Below are positions 28,640-35,208 of a stretch of DNA of 35,208 nt, piece after piece. Below the pieces are notes generated by a model. It made no database searches. It worked only from the letters and a program-made list of their open reading frames with translations, and was not told where the DNA came from. The stretch lies in the NCBI GenBank assembly GCA_050175015.1, contig JBFXJJ010000019.1, positions 1 to 35,208 of the forward strand. The letters are read 5' to 3'. Source of the stretch: Alphaproteobacteria bacterium (GTDB lineage: Bacteria; Pseudomonadota; Alphaproteobacteria; JBFXJJ01). Every line of letters starts with the position of its first letter. Within the stretch, counting starts at the first letter, position 1. Made by a program: the position numbers and the translations under genes.

Positions 28640-29458
28640 CTAGTTTGAGCGGTACATACCCATATTAAATCTATCTCGCAGGAAATTTTCTGTTATTGAA
28701 AACAGAGCTTCTGATGATCCCAAGAATAAAAAGCCATTATCATTTGTTTGTTTTCTAATACGTTCAACAATATCTTTTTTAGTTTTTTGATCAAAGTAAA
28801 TTAAAACATTGCGGCAAAAGACAACATCTTGTTTGCCGATTTTTTGCATATCATCAAGTAGGTTAAACTCTTTAAAAGTAACCATATCTTTTATTTCAGA
28901 GGAGATTTTCCAGAAATGTTTTTGCTGTGAAAAATATTTAACCAACATTAAAGAAGGGAGTCCCCGCTGAACTTCAAATTGTGAATATAGTCCTTCTCGA
29001 GCTTTGTTTAAGACTTCTTGGTTAATATCTGTTGCTAAAATTTCTACATCGATATTTGACGGTAGCCCCATTTCTTTTAGAGCGATAGCGATAGAATATG
29101 GCTCTTGACCAGTAGAGCAGGCAGCACACCAGATTCTTATTTTAGAAAGTTTATGGTTTAAAAGTTCAGGAATAACAACATTTTTTAGAGCTTCAAAAGG
29201 CTTGGTATCTCTAAAAAATAAGGTTTCATTCGTTGTCATCGCATTGGAAACATCGCGAAGAATTGTTTCATCATTACTGGTGCGAATTTGTTTTATCAGC
29301 TCACTAATGTTATGTGTTTTAAATTTTTCAGCGATTGGTTTGAGTCGGTTTTCTAATAAATAAACCTTGTCACTATTAACAACGATACCCGTTCTTTTTT
29401 TGAGAACATCGGTAAGGAAATCTATTTCTTGAGCTTCCATGGTCTTTTGTTGTTCCAT
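28640..29458 (-). CDS. cheR: Chemotaxis protein-glutamate methyltransferase CheR
   Basis: MTTNETLFFRD, RIWCAACSTGQEPYS, ILATDI, DVVFCRNVLIYFD, LFLGSSE. Confidence 0.97.
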   Translation of the reverse strand: MEQQKTMEAQEIDFLTDVLKKRTGIVVNSDKVYLLENRLKPIAEKFKTHNISELIKQIRTSNDETILRDVSNAMTTNETLFFRDTKPFEALKNVVIPELLNHKLSKIRIWCAACSTGQEPYSIAIALKEMGLPSNIDVEILATDINQEVLNKAREGLYSQFEVQRGLPSLMLVKYFSQQKHFWKISSEIKDMVTFKEFNLLDDMQKIGKQDVVFCRNVLIYFDQKTKKDIVERIRKQTNDNGFLFLGSSEALFSITENFLRDRFNMGMYRSN

Positions 29459-29551
29459 AAAAATATTTATTATATTGTCTTGTTTAGGATATTTATTTAA
29501 ATATTAATATCTTAAATTTTTATTAATGAGCCATATTAAAGGAAAAAGAGA

Positions 29552-30079
29552 ATGAATAAAAGCTTTTTTGTTGTAATGGCAGCAATATTATTATCTTTGG
29601 GAACTATTGGCTGCACACTTAAGCAATATTGGCTAAATAAAGCGCAAGATAAACCTTTGATGGTATTGTCTGATGAAATTTCAACAGACAATTATGTGAT
29701 ATTGACTAAGAGGCTTATTAATAAGATAGCAAGTGATGATTATTTTACAGGCAACAATCAAGAAAAAATTTTGCTTTATATTGGTGATATTAAAAATAAT
29801 CTTATAATTGATAGCAATAAAACAAATGACGTAATAAAAGATTTAATAGTAAATTTATTAAAAGATGTTCCTGCGATTGGTTTAACAGATAATTCTGATA
29901 ACAAAGATATTTATGGGCTTGATTTAAGATATTATCTTTCAGAATTTACCTATTCAGAAAATAGCAAACCTGTAAAATCGTTTAACGTTTATGCTGTTTT
30001 ATATGACAGAGCGGGCAAAGAGTTGAAAACTTGGGGCGATTTTTTGGTTAAGTCGGAAAATAATGGATTATGGCAGTAA
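29552..30079 (+). CDS. Hypothetical lipoprotein
   Basis: Signal peptide with lipobox-like TIGC; AAGGA RBS. Confidence 0.7.
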   Translation: MNKSFFVVMAAILLSLGTIGCTLKQYWLNKAQDKPLMVLSDEISTDNYVILTKRLINKIASDDYFTGNNQEKILLYIGDIKNNLIIDSNKTNDVIKDLIVNLLKDVPAIGLTDNSDNKDIYGLDLRYYLSEFTYSENSKPVKSFNVYAVLYDRAGKELKTWGDFLVKSENNGLWQ

Positions 30080-30549
30080 AAGTTTTTTATAAAACATTAT
30101 TATTTATCTTTTGTATATTGCTTGCGTTAAAAGCTTATGCAGAAGACTATACAGCATATTTAACCCCCAGTTTTTTTATTAAGCCGTTTAAATTTAACGA
30201 CGGAACATTTGCTCCAGATCTTGATGATATTTTGCGCAAAAACTTTCCTAAAGGCTGCAAGTTTGAGGAAATCAAAGATGATGGAGCCGATTATACTATT
30301 GCGATAGAGAGCATTAATGTTGATGCCGAAAAGATGATTGAAGACGATACTCTTATAGAAGTTTCGTTAATTATCAGCTTAAAATACGGAGTAACTGGTT
30401 CTGTTGTTAAAGACAAAACTTTTAAGTCGTCGGTTTTAAAATCTAATCAAAATGAGCAAGAGTTTGTTTATAACCTTATTAAGGATATGATTATATCCTC
30501 GTCATCATCAATTTTTAATATTGTGTGTCGTTCGCATCAAGCTAAATAA
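30070..30549 (+). CDS. Hypothetical exported protein
   Basis: Signal peptide ending AYA; start overlaps the end of the previous gene. Confidence 0.7.
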   Translation: MAVKVFYKTLLFIFCILLALKAYAEDYTAYLTPSFFIKPFKFNDGTFAPDLDDILRKNFPKGCKFEEIKDDGADYTIAIESINVDAEKMIEDDTLIEVSLIISLKYGVTGSVVKDKTFKSSVLKSNQNEQEFVYNLIKDMIISSSSSIFNIVCRSHQAK

Positions 30550-30583
30550 GCGATCATTTATTGATAATGATAAATTAAGGTCT

Positions 30584-31348
30584 TTATGCTTCAGGGCCAA
30601 TAGGAGCCCAGTGTTCTTTAACATCATAAACGGTAGTCATAACATTATCTAAAGGGGTAATATTTTCAGATTCATAATATTCTCTAACCGTTTTATCAAT
30701 TTCAACTTGAAGCTGATAGCGATCAACACTGTCTCCGCCAGCAAAAACACCAATCTCTAATTCTGGCCAGCCGCGTTCAGTTTCAACTAAAACTTCATAA
30801 CCCGTTTGCCTGCCTCGTAGTATTTTATTTATTAACTGTTGTTGTTTAGCAAAATGAGTTTCCAGTTTTGCTTCTCGTTGGTGCTTTATGAATAATTTTA
30901 TGGTTTCGGTTTCGGTTCCTAAGTTAGCTTTAACTGCGGCTCTCTCAAGAAGAGATAAATCACCCATTCCAACAGCAATATTAAAAATCACGGGATAAAT
31001 AACTTCTAAATCGAAATCTTTTTCGAATTTAGGCAAAGCTAGATTAAGGCACCAATCATACATTCCAAGGGAAATCAAAAGCTCCATATATGTTTCTTCA
31101 ACGTAAGATGCAATTTTTCCACCTTGACGCCATATTTGTTCTGCTAACTTAATTCCTTCGGCGGCATTTCCAAGCATAGTTAATGTTTTCAAAAAAGCCA
31201 CTTTAGCGCTTATATCCTGCGGTCTAGCTTGAATTATCCTAGAAAGACTGCTTTGAACTTCGCCTATTTCTCTTAACGCAGAATAAGGCAAAGTAATGAG
31301 TTTTTCATATAAATCTATTACATCATCGTTGGGAGTGCTAGTATTCAT
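30584..31348 (-). CDS. Hypothetical protein (helical, possibly TPR-like N-terminal half)
   Basis: 254-aa ORF with AAGG RBS; no diagnostic motif. Confidence 0.75.
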   Translation of the reverse strand: MNTSTPNDDVIDLYEKLITLPYSALREIGEVQSSLSRIIQARPQDISAKVAFLKTLTMLGNAAEGIKLAEQIWRQGGKIASYVEETYMELLISLGMYDWCLNLALPKFEKDFDLEVIYPVIFNIAVGMGDLSLLERAAVKANLGTETETIKLFIKHQREAKLETHFAKQQQLINKILRGRQTGYEVLVETERGWPELEIGVFAGGDSVDRYQLQVEIDKTVREYYESENITPLDNVMTTVYDVKEHWAPIGPEA

Positions 31349-31461
31349 TTCGTTGCCTTTAGAAACCGTTTAAATCATTATAATTAATATTTTATTTTAA
31401 ATATATTATTATTTTATTTAAAAGTGAAGTTTTCTTGACAATAAAAAGCTTTAAATTTTTT

Positions 31462-32214
31462 TTACCGAGTTTTAATAGTTTTAAAAAGGGTTAAAATATC
31501 AGTAATTTTCTGATCTTCAACCAAAGCATTCTTAAATGAAATGTTATCAACTACATCTTGAACACTATTAATCTTTTTTCCTACATCTTGTCTTAGTTTT
31601 AAATCATCAATTTGAATGTTCGCTGCTTTGTAGTCTTCGGAATCAATTTTCTTTGTAGTGTTGTTAGAGCGTTTTTTTGTTGCATTTAAGTTTGTTATTT
31701 CCAATTTTTCGGCAGTTAAAAACGCATTGTCTGGATTAATCTTTTCATTGTTTGTGTGGTTGTTCAATGCAAGATTTGTCATCTGAATTCTTTTGGCAAG
31801 CATAATCCAGTCAGTTGATTCACTGTTGTTTTTATCAAAATCTTTAATTGCAATATCGGAAAAAGAGGCCTTGCCGAAAGGGGTTTCTGTTCCAGACAAA
31901 GCTTTAACAACATCAACATCTTTAACTTCGACTTCGCCAATTTTGATGTGGCTTTTTAAATCGTTTTGTTCAACACTGATATCGATGTTGTATAAGATAA
32001 AAAAGTTATCGACGATATTGGCTTCGAGTTTGTCGTAAGTTGCGTTAACACCCTTTGGTAGATTTTTTATCGTAAGATCAAGAGCTTTTTGTGCAGTAAA
32101 ATCAATCATTTTCTGGCTGGCAATGGCTAAATCATCCAAAAAAGATGCTTTAGCATTGAAGCTTGCAATGATTGAAAATATAGTGATTATGAAAAAAATT
32201 TGCTTTTTATTCAT
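31462..32214 (-). CDS. Hypothetical exported protein
   Basis: 250-aa ORF with a signal peptide ending AKA. Confidence 0.75.
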   Translation of the reverse strand: MNKKQIFFIITIFSIIASFNAKASFLDDLAIASQKMIDFTAQKALDLTIKNLPKGVNATYDKLEANIVDNFFILYNIDISVEQNDLKSHIKIGEVEVKDVDVVKALSGTETPFGKASFSDIAIKDFDKNNSESTDWIMLAKRIQMTNLALNNHTNNEKINPDNAFLTAEKLEITNLNATKKRSNNTTKKIDSEDYKAANIQIDDLKLRQDVGKKINSVQDVVDNISFKNALVEDQKITDILTLFKTIKTR

Positions 32215-32275
32215 AGCAATTCTTTTAAACTAAATAAAAATGTTAAAATTAATAAATACACTTTAAGTTTGATTT

Positions 32276-32986
32276 ATGCTTTTTGCAAGTTCATTGATAT
32301 CTGGTGTCCTAATTGCCAGAGAAAAAAAAGTTTTAGCAACGGTGCTTTTGGACGATGGTCGAGAAGTTACAGCCTATTGCCCTAATTTTAGCGACATAAA
32401 AGATATTTTGCATCAAGGTTCTAGGGTTTATTTAAACCACAATGTCAATCCGAGGCGCAGAGCTAAATATATTCTGGAACTAGTTGAATCATCTGGAAGT
32501 TTAGTGTCAATTAATAATGCCCACAATGTTCCATTAGTTACCGAAGCGATAATAAGCGGCCGTATTGAGGAACTTTCTAATTATCGTGACATTTCTTGGA
32601 GAATAGATGCGCTTAATCTTGGCTTTAGCGGTGTAGATGTTTTGCTTTCAGGAAACAAAGATGATTCTAGAAATTGTTATGTTGCAATTAGCAATATTTT
32701 ATTAAAACGCAAAGCTGAAGCTGTTTTTCCAGATGATGTTTCTGTTGGCAGTCAAAGGCAGCTTTTAGAGCTTGAAGAAATTGTAAAAGAAGGGGGACGA
32801 GCTGTTCTTTTATTTCTGGTTAGGAGAATGGATTGTCTTTCTGCCAATATGGTTTGGGATATAGACCCTCTTTATTCAGGTGTTTTGGTAGATATCATTA
32901 ACAAAGGTGTTGAGGTGGCTTGCTATTCTTGTAGTATCAGTTTAAAAAGTATTGTGGTAGATAAATCAATATCAGTTTTTATATGA
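32276..32986 (+). CDS. sfsA: SfsA-family protein with degenerate nuclease motifs
   Basis: LDDG.EVTAYCPN, NPRRR.KY.LELV, FPD, LLEL, G.RAVLLFLV.R.D, IDP.Y, GVEV; sfsA-map-radC synteny. Confidence 0.8.
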   Translation: MLFASSLISGVLIAREKKVLATVLLDDGREVTAYCPNFSDIKDILHQGSRVYLNHNVNPRRRAKYILELVESSGSLVSINNAHNVPLVTEAIISGRIEELSNYRDISWRIDALNLGFSGVDVLLSGNKDDSRNCYVAISNILLKRKAEAVFPDDVSVGSQRQLLELEEIVKEGGRAVLLFLVRRMDCLSANMVWDIDPLYSGVLVDIINKGVEVACYSCSISLKSIVVDKSISVFI

Positions 32987-33002
32987 AGGACGTGATTTTC
33001 TT

Positions 33003-33794
33003 ATGAATGATAATAATATAACTATTCATAGCGATGAAGATTTTGAAGGTATGAGAGTAGCTGGGAAGCTGGCAGCAGAAACACTTGACTATATTACTCC
33101 GTATGTGAAAGAGGGCGTTACAACTGAAGAGCTTGATAATCGTTGTCACGATTTTATGGTTTCAAACGGAGGGGTTCCTGCAACTTTAGGATATAGAGGT
33201 TATCCTAAATCAAGCTGCATATCGCTAAATCACGTTATATGCCATGGAATACCTGGAGAGCGAAAACTTCAAGATGGTGATATTTTAAACATTGATGTGA
33301 CTGTTATTGTTGATGGTTGGTATGGTGATACCAGCAGAATGTATACTGTGGGCAAAGTAGGGGTAAAAGCGTCTAGGCTCATTGATGCAACGTATAAAGC
33401 AATGATGCTTGGTATCAAAACTGTAAAACCTGGGGCAACGATTGGTGATATTGGACACGTTATCCAAAAATATGCCGAAGGCTTAGGTTTTTCTGTTGTT
33501 GTTGATTTTTGTGGACACGGTTTAGGCAGGGTTTTTCATTCTGCTCCAAGTGTTATTCACGCTGGTCGTCCTCATACTGGTACGGTCATAGAAAAAGGAA
33601 TGTTTTTTACGGTTGAACCTATGATTAATATCGGTAAACCTGATACCAAAATCTTGTCTGATGGCTGGACAGCTGTTACTCGAGATAAATCTTTGTCTGC
33701 TCAGTTTGAGCATTCAATTGGAGTTACGGATAATGGCTTTGAAATATTTACGTTATCGCCTCAAGGGCTTCATTATCCACCTTATAATGTTTAG
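33003..33794 (+). CDS. map: Type I methionine aminopeptidase
   Basis: CISLNHVICHGIP, NIDVT, GDTSRM, FCGHGLG, FTVEPMIN, SAQFEHS. Confidence 0.97.
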   Translation: MNDNNITIHSDEDFEGMRVAGKLAAETLDYITPYVKEGVTTEELDNRCHDFMVSNGGVPATLGYRGYPKSSCISLNHVICHGIPGERKLQDGDILNIDVTVIVDGWYGDTSRMYTVGKVGVKASRLIDATYKAMMLGIKTVKPGATIGDIGHVIQKYAEGLGFSVVVDFCGHGLGRVFHSAPSVIHAGRPHTGTVIEKGMFFTVEPMINIGKPDTKILSDGWTAVTRDKSLSAQFEHSIGVTDNGFEIFTLSPQGLHYPPYNV

Positions 33795-33802
33795 AAAAGA
33801 TA

Positions 33803-34495
33803 ATGAAAGAAGATAAGTCCGTCCCTCATTACTTAGGACACAGGCAAAGGCTTAAAGAAAAACTTATTAAGCAGGGATCCGCATCACTTGCTGATTATGA
33901 ACTCTTGGAACTGATTTTGATGCTTGCTATTCCAAGAAAAGATGTCAAACCCTTAGCCAAAGAACTTATTGAAAAATTTGGAAGTTTTGGGAATGTTATT
34001 ACTGCAGATAATGGTGAGTTGCTAGGGGTTAGCGGTATTAAAGAAACGGGGCTAGCAGCGTTTAAAATAATTGAAGCTGCGGCAATCAAGATGTTATTAG
34101 ATGAAACCTCGAAGAAGCCTATCATTGACTCATGGGATAAGCTCCAAGACTATTGCAAAATTGCAATGTCATATAACAAAATTGAACAGTTTAGAATATT
34201 TTTTCTGGATATAAAAAACAGATTAATTGCGGACGAGTTGCAGCAAAAAGGCACCGTTAATCATACGCCGGTTTACCCTAGAGAGGTTGTTAAGAGAGCG
34301 TTAGAGCTAGGGGCAAGTTCAATTATTATGGCTCACAATCACCCCTCAGGAGATGCAAGCCCATCTCAAGCAGATATTATGGTTACAAAAAAAGTAAGCG
34401 AAACAGCTAATGCCGTAGGAATAACATTAATTGATCACATTATTGTTACTAAAGAAAGTTGTTTTAGTTTTAGAGAAAAAAAGATGATTAAATAA
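33803..34495 (+). CDS. radC: RadC-family protein (JAB domain)
   Basis: GHRQRLK, LADYELLEL, GTVNHTPVYPREVVKRAL, HNHPSGD.SPSQAD, DHII. Confidence 0.95.
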   Translation: MKEDKSVPHYLGHRQRLKEKLIKQGSASLADYELLELILMLAIPRKDVKPLAKELIEKFGSFGNVITADNGELLGVSGIKETGLAAFKIIEAAAIKMLLDETSKKPIIDSWDKLQDYCKIAMSYNKIEQFRIFFLDIKNRLIADELQQKGTVNHTPVYPREVVKRALELGASSIIMAHNHPSGDASPSQADIMVTKKVSETANAVGITLIDHIIVTKESCFSFREKKMIK

Positions 34496-34520
34496 AAGTT
34501 GAATTTAAGGAGATTTTTTT

Positions 34521-34958
34521 ATGGATAATAAATGGCACAAACGTTTTTTAGAAGCTGCTAATCTTTTTGCATCTTGGTCAAAGGATAGATCGACCAAGGT
34601 TGGAGCTGTCGTTGTTGGTAGTAAAAAAGAAATAAGAGCAATAGGATATAATGGCTTTCCTCGTGGAGTCGATGACGATATAGACGCACGCCACGAACGT
34701 CCTATCAAATATGAATATACCGAACACGCTGAAAGAAATGCCATTTATAATGCCTGTTATACTGGAACCTCCCTCGATGGTTGTACTATATATGTGACCC
34801 ATCTTCCTTGTGCCGATTGTGCAAGAGCCATTATTCAATCTGGAATAAAGACCGTTGTTGTCGATTCTCAAAATACTTTACGTAAGGAATGGGAAGAAAA
34901 AAATCAGGTTGCAAATATAATGTTTTCTGAATCTGGAGTTGAGGTTGTCTTAATATAA
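34521..34958 (+). CDS. Deoxycytidylate (dCMP) deaminase
   Basis: SKDRSTKVGAV, GYNGFPRG, HAERNAI, PCADC zinc-binding motifs. Confidence 0.92.
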   Translation: MDNKWHKRFLEAANLFASWSKDRSTKVGAVVVGSKKEIRAIGYNGFPRGVDDDIDARHERPIKYEYTEHAERNAIYNACYTGTSLDGCTIYVTHLPCADCARAIIQSGIKTVVVDSQNTLRKEWEEKNQVANIMFSESGVEVVLI

Positions 34959-35081
34959 AATATCAATCCCCCTAAAAGTCAGGCGCTTTGCAAAAATATA
35001 ATGCAAGTATTTGTTGTAATTAAAAGTTGCAACAAAACTTTCACACAACTTTTCTTTGACGATTTTTTTGTATTAAATTAT

Positions 35082-35208
35082 GGCTCTTGACTAGTATCTC
35101 CTGTTTGGGAGATTATAAGAGCTATGAAATACAATAGATTAAGCAAATATAAGATAAGAAAAATAATTGAATGTTTTGCAGAAGATATAACGGCAAGTTC
35201 TGCATCAA
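35082..35208 (+). mobile_element. Left end of an IS1595-family (IS1016-like) insertion sequence, truncated by the window edge
   Basis: Begins GGCTCTTGACTAG after the AT-rich 8-mer TAAATTAT and is followed by a transposase-like N-terminus. Confidence 0.65.
35124..35208 (+). CDS. IS1595-family transposase, N-terminal fragment (partial)
   Basis: MKYNRLSKYKIRKIIECFAEDITASSAS resembles IS1016-type N-termini (LS.YK..K.I..F....TA...A). Confidence 0.65.
   Translation, partial: MKYNRLSKYKIRKIIECFAEDITASSAS

Noticed and set aside
33803-34958. radC plus deaminase plus nuclease-fold gene as an anti-phage defence system
   Set aside because: These are a full-length chromosomal RadC and a short canonical dCMP deaminase in ordinary sfsA-map-radC context, with no defence-island hallmarks.

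Overview
AT-rich chromosomal window from a motile alphaproteobacterium, probably Rhodospirillales-like. The assignment is inferred from gcrA, an RcdA-like gene, an HPT-kinase-CheW-CheW-REC CheA and sfsA-map-radC synteny. Signalling and motility genes: a partial hybrid histidine kinase at the left edge, cheW, cheA, a Cache-domain MCP, cheR, a motA/motB stator pair and a PAS/GAF/GGDEF/EAL protein. Other genes: rluD, purA, map, radC, a dCMP deaminase, a UDP-HexNAc dehydrogenase, tRNA-Thr(CGT), a cation:proton antiporter, several hypotheticals and the left end of an IS1595-family element at the right edge. Most notable observations: (1) a structured leader at about 20.42-20.61 kb built like a phage c4/CI antisense-RNA switch, whose second target site overlaps the antiporter RBS, with a truncated chemoreceptor copy lying between them; (2) an MCP interrupted by a 1-nt deletion that creates an in-frame A-AAA-AAG slippery heptamer; (3) a membrane-anchored pseudokinase with an apparent ATA start, coupled to a small membrane protein; (4) an intact SfsA homolog lacking its catalytic motif; (5) a large charge-segregated low-complexity protein. 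No CRISPR array or rRNA was seen. All calls come from reading the sequence by eye, without database searches.
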